Source: Oopsacas minuta
Lineage: Eukaryota > Animalia > Porifera
Direction: 5' to 3'
Assembly (NCBI GenBank): GCA_024704765.1
Contig: JAKMXF010000341.1
Coordinates: forward strand, 1 to 64,000
DNA length: 64,000 bases
The translations under genes and the position numbers were made by a program. The first letter of the stretch is position 1, and every line of letters begins with the position of its first letter. Below the pieces are notes generated by a model that was not told where the DNA came from, ran no database searches, and worked only from the letters and a program-made list of their open reading frames with translations. Below, piece by piece: positions 50,881-63,107 of this stretch.

Positions 50881-51946
50881 TACTTGTATTGGTTAACTAG
50901 GAGACTAAAATGGATACTTTTTAGGCAATTTTGAGCAGATAATTTAACTACAAATAATTAAAGTGAAAACTATCAATTTTGTATCAATCATCTTCGATAT
51001 TATTTATCCCCTGATTAGGTGCGTCACCACTGGGGGGGCATAGGGGCTTGGTGGCCTTGAGCCCATCCTTCCTTCCTAAAATTTGATACGAACTCGTCTA
51101 AGTTAAATCCTTACCTACGAAATATCATGTCAAAATAATAATCATTATATATATCATGGGCATGGCATTAATCTATAATTGCAGGGTCGGAGCCACCAGT
51201 CCAGTTTTAACCGGATCACTTTTTGGTGCTTTCAGTACTGTTTCTATGGTAGTGAGATTTCAACCGGACCACTTTAGCACTGGTAGAGCCACATTGGTAC
51301 ACATGCGAGGTGGTGGCTAAGTTAGCTACCACGGAATTTCAACTTTGTTGAGCGCTGTCACTATTCACTAAAGGAGGTTTCACTGTAATTAAGCGTATTT
51401 TCACATGATTTTTGACTGCAGATTCCTAATTTCATATTACCCAAGCTATATCTAGAAATTTATTATGACTACGCACTTCGCTTGCTAGGTCTCTGCGCGA
51501 CAGCTTAGTGTCCTCAAGTTAGCTTAATTATTAAATAGCAAAATTTATAGTGTTATTAGTCGCTACGCGATAGGATATACTCGGCACTACGTGCCTCTAA
51601 TTCACAGAATAGTTAAAATTTAAGATTTTATTATCCATGGTTCGTCTAAATTACATTGAATGGCCTTCTGTAGTGACACTGGAGATGCTATGTTGCTTTT
51701 GGTTAGTAATCTTGGCACTTCGTGCCTCGGGTATTAAGAAATTCTGAAAATTTGGATATTTTTAATTTTTGTGTACAGTGACAATGATCTCATAATTTCG
51801 TCATAGTTGTGAATTTTCGTCCAAGACTCGAATTTGTCCGAGCCAGGCCCAAAATACCCCTGTATGCGAAAATCACCCTGGGTCCTCCAGTTTCTTTAAC
51901 CTATTCTGGACATATAAACATATATATATATACACACATACATATA

Positions 51947-52130
51947 CAGTGGAGTCCCCCAATAACGGACACATTAGGGATTAGGTTTTGTCCTTTGTAG
52001 GTGAGATGTTCGCTTCTCAGAGATTTATTAAGTATTGTTTTCATGTATTATAACTTATTTCGTTCCACGAGCTTGTCCGTTGAGAGGTATTGTCCGCTTT
52101 ACGGAGTGTCCGTTTTGGGAGACTCCACTG
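51947..52130. mobile_element. Tc1/mariner-type MITE
   Basis: TA|CAGTGGAGTCCCCCAATAACGGACAC ... GTGTCCGTTTTGGGAGACTCCACTG|TA. Confidence 0.82.
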
Positions 52131-52699
52131 TATAGATTAATTGTGTTTTAATAGTATAAATTAATTATGTCACACCTAGGGAATTCATGTCAAGTCATTT
52201 CACCAACTTCAACCGATTTGTCTAAAAGTTGGTGTGTAGTAAGATATCAACAAGTCAAACATCTGTGAAAGTTTTTTATGAATTAGTCAAATTTTTTCCG
52301 AGTTATGACGTCGTAATAATTGATTTTTGCATTCTGGGATGAAATTTCCCAACATCGAAAAGTCGCCATCTGACTATAAATGTCTATAATTTGAAAATGT
52401 TGACTATGATTACGCTAAAATTCCCAATAATGTGAATTAGTGATGAGAAGTTTATAAATTTGGTAAAATTTTATTTCGAGTTGGTCTAATATGCGAAAAC
52501 TGGAATTGAAAGTGATAGCACGAGTCAAACCGAACTATGACGTAGACCCGGAGATATTTTTGGGCTTAATTATTTGTTGTTGTACCTTTTCATTGTTAGC
52601 GGTTCTCATTGTAGGAATAATGACTAATAATTCGAAATCTCGAAATACACGTAGAGACTAGCTATCAACTGGTATAATGGAATAACAAACTGTGCTGAA

Positions 52700-52855
52700 T
52701 TCGAATTTCGCATTTTTAAGTTTCGCATATGTAAATAATTGTTGATTTCATGATATAATGAATCTATCTTGCTATGTAATTGTGAATTCCTGAACTATGC
52801 TGTAAAAGGGCCGTCAATTTTGAGAATATAGGATACCTCGAGGGACAAAGGCTAG
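52700..52855 (+). mobile_element. 3' end of a non-autonomous Helitron
   Basis: Ends ...GGCCGTCAATTTTGAGAATATAGGATACCTCGAGGGACAAAGGCTAG|T (canonical CTAG). Resembles 59730-59815 and the reverse of 30300-30335. Confidence 0.5.
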
Positions 52856-54075
52856 TATTGAAATATATGAATGGTATTTTAGGATACCGTAAATACCTGA
52901 ATATTTTGTCATGGACAAGTGTTAACAGACGGTTATTTCAATAAGAGCTATCTTATTGTTACCCTCTCACGTTAATGATATATTATACACATTTAAATCT
53001 TGTTTTGTAAATCCCATCTTATCAATCCCATCTTATCAATTACCATACATGACGCAACTCTATTGGATTAGAAATACAATTCTCATTCGACGTTTTTGCA
53101 TCAAAATAGCAAAAAAACTATTTGAAGGCAATTCCTTGCATGGAAAATTACAAACACGATATACGCGCGATGCAACTTTGTTGCATGCAATCAAGTTTCA
53201 TCCTGTATGTTGGGCTTATGATTTCAGATTGTTGCTAAGTACTATCAAAAATATTCATCTGTATCTACTAGCTACTACTTCACATCAGTCATTCATGCAT
53301 TTAATAAATTTGCATATACAATACAGTAACACTGTCTATTGCACCACCAGGCTAGCATGGCATAATTATTGTTCAATCAACTCAATTAACCGAAATTCTT
53401 GATATTTGTCATAAGTAATGATTTGTGTTAGTTTATACAAGCAATTTCATTATATTAATTATATATTTCGAATCAATGTTTGACATTTTATACGGTATTT
53501 ACCTGAATAACAGCCAGGCGCTTAGGAATCCTAATTGGTTTAACAGCCAGGAACTTTTCAAGCCCGCTGGTTCATGCATCGTTTACAAAATCATTTGATA
53601 ATTTAGAATAATACAAACTAGTACAGCTGAGCACTTTACCAAATTGTATGATCACGAATACAGAAATTTATCTTATCGTGGATTTCCTTGTAGGCCCTTA
53701 CGTAGCATGATTTTAGGTAACTACTTTATGATATGGTAATAACACTGATAAATGTATTTGATATTCCGATATCGAATTCATTACTACCAAATCTAGCTAT
53801 ACTTACATTATTTAGTCCTGAATGAGTAATCGTAATTAGCGAGCGAATTCAGATAGCATTTTGTAAGACATTTCATAATGAGTTAAGTAGTTCACTGCCC
53901 AATAGTGATTGATACCATTCATGGACAATGTTGGGCATCTCGCGGATACGAATAAAAATACGTATGTATCAAACTATCAATATAAAGTTGCAAAAGCAGA
54001 AATGCAGATTTAATATTCACATAAGCAGTCAAACATTAAGCATTATATAAGAATCCAATTTAATTAAAACGCGGC

Positions 54076-54414
54076 TTAAAATATTATTTGCGGGCTGCTG
54101 CGCTGTTCAGATTGCTTTTCGAGATCATCTAGCTGCTGCATAATTTCTAAATGAAGTTTAGTTTCCCTCAAATCATTAACTTCACTGATAATCCCTTCAT
54201 ACTCTCTTAGCAATTTTTCTTTCTCCGCTTCAAGGCTTTTTTGGAGCCGTTTCTTTTTCTCGCGCTGAGCTTTATTATACCGACTCATTTTCTTGAGGCG
54301 CCGCGAGTACTTTATAGCTTTGGCTTCATCAGGACTGATGTTATTGTTTTTAATAAAATTATTGAGTTTTTTTATCTCAATATCTGCGATGACTGCGCAA
54401 AATGTTGGGTCCAT
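54076..54414 (-). CDS. Small Maf-like bZIP protein with a divergent basic region, 112 aa, single exon
   Basis: IEIKKLNNFIK...SPDEAKAIKYSRR resembles the Maf extended homology region (SVRELNRQL...SKEEVIRLKQKRR). RRLKKMSRYNKAQR aligns to RRTLKNRGYAQSCR. A heptad zipper follows (LEAEKEKLLREYEGIISEVNDL). Confidence 0.75.
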   Translation of the reverse strand: MDPTFCAVIADIEIKKLNNFIKNNNISPDEAKAIKYSRRLKKMSRYNKAQREKKKRLQKSLEAEKEKLLREYEGIISEVNDLRETKLHLEIMQQLDDLEKQSEQRSSPQIIF

Positions 54415-54463
54415 GTCTTTATGTTTCTTTTGCAGCTCGGATGAGACCTCTTCTCCCCTCTAC

Positions 54464-54537
54464 TATTTATAGTAATCAAACTAACTACTGCTGAATCCTA
54501 CCTAATCGCAATAACTCCTTGGCTAATCCATTTGCAT
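54464..54537 (-). promoter_or_regulatory. Candidate promoter of the Maf-like gene (TATA, half-MARE, octamer)
   Basis: TATAAATA on the minus strand at 54464-54471, ~50 bp upstream of the ATG. TGCTGA at 54489-54494. ATTTGCAT at 54530-54537. Confidence 0.35.
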
Positions 54538-55083
54538 GATATTATTAATTCTATAACTTATACATGTCAAAATTGTGTATACTCTGTTTTCTTCATTTTA
54601 TTTGCTAATATATAATTCAAAAAAATTTTGCGGTTAAGTAAACGTATATTTGTAGACTCTAATTTACACTTAATTTTGTTAAGTTCCTTCTCTTTACATA
54701 GCAAAAATATTAATTTCCACATACTTAGGATATTGACCTGCAGAAAATAATTCAATAATACAAAAACAAATAGAAATACGTAAACTAACAAAAATCAATT
54801 TATTTCCATTTATAATGAGTTCGGCATATCTCTTCATGTTCCTCATGTGCAGACATTCCTAAGTACTCCTTGACCTAAGCCTATGATTTGTTTTATCAGG
54901 AATAATTATAATTATCTAGATTTAATGAGCATCTACTCCTTATAGCACGTGTTAATATCAGTTAAGTTATCTTACCGAATGACAAATCAAATCCTCTCTG
55001 CTCTGTAATATATCTTATTAGTCGTATCTGCACCAGAGTATTTACTACATCATTCCAATTTGGACACATAAATTATCGACATA

Positions 55084-55330
55084 CAGTAAACTCTCGTTAC
55101 AATGAAGTGCTCAGGGCCCCTGCTTCATTTCACTACATACTTACCAACTCCTTGTAACTGTTTCCCAGGATATTTTTTTAATGCAAATAATATGAACTTT
55201 CCCTCTTTTATGAGTAAGAAAATAAGAAATATCAAATATTTTCCCTGGATAGTTGTCAATTATGTCGTTATAAGCTGAGTAAAATAGGTTTGGGAGTAGA
55301 GAATCACTTTGTTGTAACGGTAGTTTACTG
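55084..55330. mobile_element. Tc1/mariner-type MITE
   Basis: TA|CAGTAAACTCTCGTTACAATGAAGTG ... CACTTTGTTGTAACGGTAGTTTACTG|TA. Confidence 0.78.
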
Positions 55331-56856
55331 TATTTACTAAATTGATTGTTTAAACTTCACTCATAAATTACTCATGTCATCCTCTGAGTAGTATGGGTGA
55401 CGGTATATCCATTCTGATTGCTTTATAAATATAGTAGGAAAGTTTGTTTAATTTTTATAAAATTTTCAGATAGAAGAATTGAATATGATCAGATCTGTGT
55501 TATGACCTAATGTGGATCTTATAAACGTGTATAAGTTAGAAACAATCGTGACTGATGTATTAGAATATAATATTATATCCACGGTGATGATCAGTAATTG
55601 TATTCAGGGTACAAGTAAAGGTAACAAGTTAAATAATAACGACTGTGAATTCAGGGTGTAAGGGTATCTGTCATATACCTCATGGCATTATAAACTGAGA
55701 GAAGACAGTTTCCTATCTCTAGCGACCCAATAGACTAATTTACGTTATTTGAAATATTTCTAATATGTTAGTTAATATTAAATTTCAATACAGTAAACCC
55801 TGGCTACTCCGAACAGCCTTGTACCAATCAAATATTAAATCGATCCGATTATATGGTGGCTTTGCGTTTCAAACGAATTAGTGAATAGCTTTGAGACAAT
55901 TACTGTATTTCCCTGATTAACCGCCCCGGCGTTTATCTTTTCATTCAGGAGTTACTCGGCGCTTATTCAGGGAAATATAGCAAATAGGATCTAGGAGTAC
56001 ATATTTACGAATGTTGTATTAACGATAAAAGGCTCCACACATGTCTATTATAGCTCTATATTATACTCTGCAGCAAAAATAGATACATTTAGTTTATGAA
56101 CATGTTGACCATTTTCCAGCAGGTTGTATCATATTTATGCCCTGTTCGAATTAGCGCGGCTACTGGACTTAATTCAGAAATTTCAAGAAAATTTTATCCC
56201 GATCACAATTTGTGACTAGTTGCAATCAAATGCTCTCAAAATTTGAGGCAAAATATAAGTTGAGACTCAAATTATATTTTGTACTAATCAGATATGTTCT
56301 AATTACAAAGACACAATATTGTGATTGCCATCAGTTGCCTATGCTGCAGATTTTCTGCTACATCATGTATTCGATATTTCATTGAATTTATCTATAATTT
56401 CTAATTATCGAATTTATTGTCTTAGTTAAATATCCTGCTGCTGCCCTAATGATGTACGTACCATATATTTTATTGGATAATTCTATCGTACAGGTAACAT
56501 TATCTAGTAACTCTTTTATGAGACACTAATTAGCGTTTGATTAGTAGGCTCTTGTTTATGTTGTGTCATGCGAGTATTGTATTCTTATAAATAGCTTTGG
56601 ATGGGTGTGTTCCATGTATTTATATACCTGCATACACCTTTATACTGTTTATGAGGATGATTGGAAACTCAAGTGATAAAGGAGAAGTCAAGGCGAAATT
56701 GACTTAAGATCTCACAGCCGAACTAAATCACCTCTCTCACCCCTCTCACCCCTCCCACCCCTCCCCCCTATTATATGATTTATACCTTTACTTTTTATTT
56801 AAATTCTTTCTCATCCCAATTATCCTCCCGGAGTTGTCAAGTGTTGGATAGCCAAC

Positions 56857-56949
56857 TACATTATTATTGGAAATTAACGTCGACCTTATTAACGCGATTA
56901 TTCTTAATCGCGTTAATACAGTCAGTCGCTAATTTCCAATAATAATGTA
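56857..56949. other. 93-nt isolated imperfect hairpin
   Basis: 20-bp perfect outer stem TACATTATTATTGGAAATTA, a mismatched 10/11-nt segment, a 14-bp perfect inner stem TATTAACGCGATTA and a 4-nt loop. Confidence 0.85.
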
Positions 56950-57558
56950 TGCTAATACTCAGGCAATTACTAAGTCTGTTTGTTGTATTACAATTCATCT
57001 GTGTTCTAGTTTCTGTTCTTTTGGAGTCGTTTCTTATTTTCGCATGAGCTTTGCTATTCTACATGTGTTGGCTATTCCTATAGTCAGTGGTATTACCAGA
57101 ATCAGATGTTTTACATGTCTTCATACCTCACTGTTCACTGACCTTGGTAGGCTATAATGACTTAACAGTTCTGAATTCATTAATATTTAAATAATATCTT
57201 TTCTTTGCATATTTCTGATTAGTATATCTATATTTCAGAAAACTTATATTTCTATTTATATTAATAGTTCTGTAATCAATTAAGCTATTACAGATATAAT
57301 AATTGATATTTAATAATACGTACTGTATTGTAATTGGTTTGTTTACAAATTCTTAATTAGGAAATAATTACTAATCTTACCAATTAACTGTAACAAATTT
57401 TTCTAATTAGGTAACTAATAGATTACTGATTATTTCTGTTTAAATATGCCTTATACAGAACTACTGAGTATAATTCGCTAGGTTTATCGAGATACTACCA
57501 ATCCAATAACATACAAAGCTACAAGAATAAGGCTTTCTTGATAATAGTTTATTTATTA

Positions 57559-58292
57559 CGAGCGCGCTTCGTTGGCTCGCGCTACGCGGTTGTGGACACG
57601 TTTTGTCTAGACTCGAGCCAATGACCCTCGAGTAGATAAACTCATAATCTTAACCGTAGCAAACATGATACTGCCATAATCTATAAATCTGCTTACTTTA
57701 TGTCCACAAAAGTGAACAAATATTTATGAAATGTTGTTTACAATATCATATTTGGACTGAGCATACTCGATTACCTCAGTATAACCATTGAATGCATGAT
57801 TCTACCTGAATTTTAAATTTGTTTACTTTATATACATAAAAACAACAATAAATTTACATGATGATTAATCCAAAAGTGTGAAAATCGGATTCAGCATATT
57901 CGATATATTTAGTGAAGTTTTATTGAATTTTATTTACTTCTTTGATAAACACGATAAATACATAGTTATGCGACAATTTCAAAATTGCATACCGTAAACT
58001 GGGGCTACTTTGGCCCACTGGGTTTGCTTTAGCCCAAATATTGAAATTTGCTTACGTATCGAATAGATATTGTATTTGTATTCGAAATTGTCTACCGATA
58101 TTTGAAAATTCGTTAAAAATTTGGCAAGTCATTTTCATGCATAATACTGAATCTAATCTAGTTTCTTTGAAACTTTGATATTTGGACTAAAGCAAACCCA
58201 GTGGGCCAAAGTAGCCCCAGTTTACGGTACCGTAAATTCTTTCCTTAACAACGGACAACAAACAAACAACAATTGAGATTTAATAATATAGA
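57559..58292 (-). mobile_element. Apparently complete non-autonomous Helitron containing a nested MITE
   Basis: 5' A|TCTATATTATTAAATCTC at 58292. The 3' end reads CGCGTAGCGCGAGCCAACGAAGCGCGCTCG|T at 57559 (GC hairpin, insertion between A and T, no TSD). Confidence 0.75.
57992..58227. mobile_element. pogo-like MITE (236 bp) nested in the Helitron
   Basis: TA TSD at 57990-57991 and 58228-58229. 50-bp TIR CCGTAAACTGGGGCTACTTTGGCCCACTGGGTTTGCTTTAG[C/T]CCAAATAT with 1 mismatch. The empty site is visible in the sister copy near 30575. Confidence 0.93.
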
Positions 58293-59352
58293 TTCAAGGT
58301 ACATAGTAAAGACGATTCCGCTTAATTGATATAGTAGATTCCAGGTAAATATCGAGAAAATCAAAAATGGATACTTTGATAATCTTGCCAACGGATTTCT
58401 CGATTGTATTCTTAATAATAGTCCAAACAGGATCGGTTGAAGTACAGTGGAACCTGCTTAATGGCCACCTAAATAAAGTTTTGATTTCTTAGCTTATACA
58501 GAATTAATCACTGGTAGTGCTCAATGCAAAACAAGTTAATTAATAATATTTATTTGGTCTGTCAAATATATTCACCGTATTTTTCAGTTAATATTTTGAT
58601 TATTAACCCATCAAGTTAACATTACATGTAAACTATTATGAATGACAAATATAGTAATGAACATGTTGTAAGTTGACCTTAAGATAATATTCAGACTATC
58701 AGATGATTACAGAGTATACTCATATGAAAAATTACTGATAAATTACCAAATTAACTCGATAAGTTAAATAATTAATTAATTATTCTATTAGTTATCTTGT
58801 TTACCTTGCATCTTATTAATTGTTTATGATTGTTAGAATGCTAATTGGCTGACACATTAATTTTAACAGATAGTTATAGACACTATACACCATATAATGC
58901 AATCTTAATGCCGGGATGCATAACATTTACAGCTGTGTGCTTTTCGCAGCAACGAACTAATTAAACACAAACTACTCGGTAAACTACTTATTATGAGAGC
59001 TAGATCATGTTTTCATTAGTTTCGTGTAAACTGATTATATCGCAGATATTTCAAATTATGAGATATTCGTGCTTTCATTTGCTCACTCATTGAGTCCACA
59101 AGTCTAGCTCCACCAAAATTATTGCATGTAGAGCCAAATGTATAGTTTAATTATGAATACCGTACACAGCTATAATTTTGCGATTTTATTATATTGATCA
59201 TTATGCGAATCCTACCGAAATATAGTTATGTAGCACCTGTAGAACCAGTTGTTGCAAGTAAGCTAGTTGGTTATAAATTAAAGTTATGCGTTAATTAAAT
59301 AGTGCAGAATACGAAAACAGCACATTTAGCAAGATTGAATATATCGTACAAA

Positions 59353-59815
59353 TCTATATTATTAAATCTCAATTGCTGTTTGTCCGTTTTCAAGGAAAGG
59401 ATTTACAGTATGCAATTTTGAAGTTGTCGCATAACTGTGTATTTATTGTGTTTATCAATAAAACTAAATACGTATTTGTGTGTTTGAATACTTTTGTCCC
59501 CTGACTGTATATCGAACATGTTGAATCCGAATTTCACATTTTCAAGTCTCTCATATGTGAATTTATTGTTGCTTTTATGAATATAAAGTAAACAAATTAG
59601 CAAAATCTCAAAATATACGTAGATGCTTGCCCTCAACGGCAACAAAGGGGGTTGATCTTACAAAATAATTTATGACATATACGTATATTTGTGAATTACA
59701 TTGTTCTAAATATATCTATATTATAATACTCAAAGAGGCCGTCATTTTGGAGAATAATCGATATCTCGAGGCGCAATGCGTCGAGTTCATCGCGAAGCGA
59801 CGAGCAAAAGGCTCG
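59353..59815 (+). mobile_element. Non-autonomous Helitron (possibly two tandem pieces)
   Basis: 5' A|TCTATATTATTAAATCTC at 59353 and a second TCTATATTATAATAC start near 59714. The 3' end reads TCGCGAAGCGACGAGCAAAAGGCTCG|T. Confidence 0.72.
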
Positions 59816-60641
59816 TAAGTCTGTATATCAGGGTTCTGTAAATTGAAATGATCCTTTGTATGACCTATTAGCCCAATGCAATGTAAATATGTATAAAATC
59901 ACACCGGGAAACCAATATTTCTATATAGTATGGGTTAACTTTGTAAATCCAACTCATCACGATGGATTTCTATTAAATTTTGAGAAATTGGTCGATATTC
60001 AATGATATTTTCGGTTTATTTGACCTGAATATAATTTTAACAAGTTAGACTGGCATCATTCTGTTACAGTTAATATACAGCATATTGATATATCTGTATG
60101 TGGTAATGTTGATAACTATGATAATTAACCTTCCATATTTAGATATTATATCTACTAAACATCTAAATTAGACATTGTGAGGATAAAATAAATTCCTTTT
60201 CGATATTTTTGCTTCTTAACACTGAATTGCAACAACCCAAGTATAAGAACAGGCTGTTCCAACACATGAATATCTGATAATCATATTTGTAACACTGACT
60301 TGAAGAACCTTACAATATGTTCAAAAATTGTTGATTAACCAAACTCCAAATTAGGTTAATTAGACTGTAATTTGTTAAATTAATTTCCATCACCAAATTC
60401 TCGAATACTAACTTTATAATTCATTTCTGATACTATTATCTTATAACAGGTGAACTAAGAAATATTATAATACAAATACAACGAGTGCACTCGTAATCCA
60501 TTAGTAGCCTAATAAGGTTACAATATCTAGCCAATTAGTACAGGTATTACCTGTAAGTTAGTTGGTGATACTATTCTCTAGATAGAGTCATCACGCTATA
60601 TTGAGTGGGTTTTTAATGTACATCTGATACGTATCATTAAT

Positions 60642-61220
60642 TCAGGAATGTTCTTTCTTTTTATGTTTATGATCCTTCTTCTTGCTGGCTACTTTCATTA
60701 CTCCCATCACTGCTAGAATTCCATCCTTAGTCCTGCTGACTGCTCTAATAATGAACTCTACAATCTCTCCTGGTGTCAGCTCCACATCTCCTACCATATC
60801 TACCGATGCGTTGAAACAATTATAAACTAGACAAGCGAGTTTATCTTCTCCAACTTTAGTCACTACGCCTCGTAAGGTATCTCCCTCATGAGGAGAGAAC
60901 ACATAATACCGTGCCCATATTTGTACCAGGACATATCCACTGTCCAATATCTTAGGTGATGTGTCTACTTTGAGTAGATTCACAGAGAGAACTACACCCT
61001 TAAATGTCTCTACGTATTTAAGCAGGTTCCTCTTGACGTGCTGTAACACCCCATCGACAGGACTGGTAAGATCAAGAGGAGACAGTGTGAGATTCTCACT
61101 CACATGGAACTCACGCATTCCACCCAAATGTCCATCTTCTATTTGTGTTTTGAGAGTAAGTTCTTCTTGAGAGGATATTGTTGTCTCAGAATTCATCGTA
61201 GTATCACGAGAACTTGCCAT
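60642..61220 (-). CDS. POLR1F: RNA polymerase I subunit RPA43 (TWISTNB), single exon, 192 aa
   Basis: LTLSP...LLKYVETFKGVVLS (SHS2-like), YYVFSPHEGDTLRGVVTKVG...LACLVYNCFNASV (S1/OB fold), Lys-rich tail. Confidence 0.88.
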   Translation of the reverse strand: MASSRDTTMNSETTISSQEELTLKTQIEDGHLGGMREFHVSENLTLSPLDLTSPVDGVLQHVKRNLLKYVETFKGVVLSVNLLKVDTSPKILDSGYVLVQIWARYYVFSPHEGDTLRGVVTKVGEDKLACLVYNCFNASVDMVGDVELTPGEIVEFIIRAVSRTKDGILAVMGVMKVASKKKDHKHKKKEHS

Positions 61221-63107
61221 GCTTCCTACTTGATAAACTGGCTAGAAATCCTAAGGTCACAACATTCTATAATTTCCTACCAGTAAACATGTGTGCTATT
61301 TTACGTCTGTTAATTGTACCGCTATCGCACCATCAGACATTAATCACATGATTAACACCACCAACTTGTGTATAATTAATTAACTCCTTAATGGATACAA
61401 GTTTAGAGATATTAGCACAAATACATTAGCCGGTACAGATGGTTAATTAAACGCTAAATATATAACTTTGATCAAATTAATCATACATGTTGTGTCTTGG
61501 GTTTTAGTGATGTTTAAGTGATAAAAAGCTATCTTAATCTTATACCAATTCCAGATTTGTACAATTATTATTCATGATGCCTAGTTACCTACTTGTGTCG
61601 TAAGTATTTTGCAAAGGTCATTTGAAATTTAATATTTCCATAATGCTACATTTTTCGTCCTAATAAATGTATTTCTTACTTGTGTGAACTGCAAAGCATG
61701 GCCGTAAGAGACAGTCCGGTTGATCAGGTTTCAACCGGGCCAATAGATAACTGCTTGCTACGGCCCTGTAAAGGATGGACAAATAAGTTTTCTAACCGGC
61801 AACCCTATGATCACGTCACAAAATAGGTTGCTGGTTAGAAAAGTCCTTGTGCAAATACATATCTCAATACACGAAACTGTAAATTTGTCAAAATTATCAC
61901 AATTATTTGCATAATAACCATGATTCGGCGCGGATATATTTCGAACTTTCATAATCTCCAAACGTGATAAATACTGCATCTTAGCCTTTCGTAACGTTTG
62001 AACGATCTCAAATACTTAGTCTTAAGGTTCTAATACTTCTGAGCGAAGAACTGATGTCCATTAATGGAATTTACGTAGTTCTAGTATAGTATCTCTTCAC
62101 TGTATTGAAATTAGACTCATATGAGTCATATCATGACATTAGCATTACCATTATCATGGAATCCTTTTCATCATTTATATACTTTCGATTGGCATTGCAC
62201 ACCTACGATCCTCCTATCCACGAACGAAACTGACAGGTTATCTTGAGGACTGTGAATAAGGTTGTTAGCAGCCAAAATTCTACTAAAAGACTTTGAAGAG
62301 ATACTAACTAGCAATATATATATTTGCTAGTAACCATCAGTAACAAAAAGGGTGCAGATTTCTTCAAATATTTACGATTGGGGATAAGAAAAGATATCCA
62401 GCAATGTCAAAATTAGAACCTAAAACCGATTACCCCTGACTAGTCGTTGAAACGAAATTTTGCTTCACTGGAATTTAACCAATTTTTTGTGTCACTCGGA
62501 CACGTACGGACCGGACGTCTCTTATCATCCATGCGGACCATGCCATTAGTGCATCTCTCTATCCTGCACCAGAATCGTCAAGTTTATATACATAATTTGG
62601 TACTATTCTAATACCGAACCTTGCATGAATTCCATTGCAAATACTACGTAAACTTGCTGCTATATTCGAGGAAGTATTTCCAATACGAAATATAGAGCAA
62701 AGTGTAGAGTAGTGGTCGAGCGGTTATATGGTATTGTAGTATACCAAATTGTACACTCAATTGGAACTATGGAAATCATTTCGGAGTATTTTCCTATTTT
62801 TATCATTCGTGCACTGGCACGATGTGCTGAGTGCTCCTAAACAACCGCGGATGTTGTGTAGGTGTCTCAAGTCCTTGCAAATTGTTAATGTGTGCTATAT
62901 AGCTTATCTAATAATTTATATAACTAATGCTATATAATTTTTTATCATGGCCACACTCAAATCGATTACTATATTCAAGTTCGTTCATATTGATCACATT
63001 CGGTCCATTTGGCAATGGTACCAAATTATTTATCAATAAATGAAACATAGCTATACACATGTATGTACACTTTTATTTTAGCATTATTGAATTACTGAAT
63101 CACTTGT

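Noticed and set aside
52956-53402. 148-aa plus-strand ORF
   Set aside because: It starts at a non-ATG codon, overlaps a short direct repeat and the dispersed TGCAAC repeat, is AT-rich, and has no motif.
61697-61768. Tiny hAT-like inverted pair CATGGCCGTA / TACGGCCCTG
   Set aside because: The TIR is only ~10 bp and imperfect, and the flanks do not give a clean 8-bp TSD.
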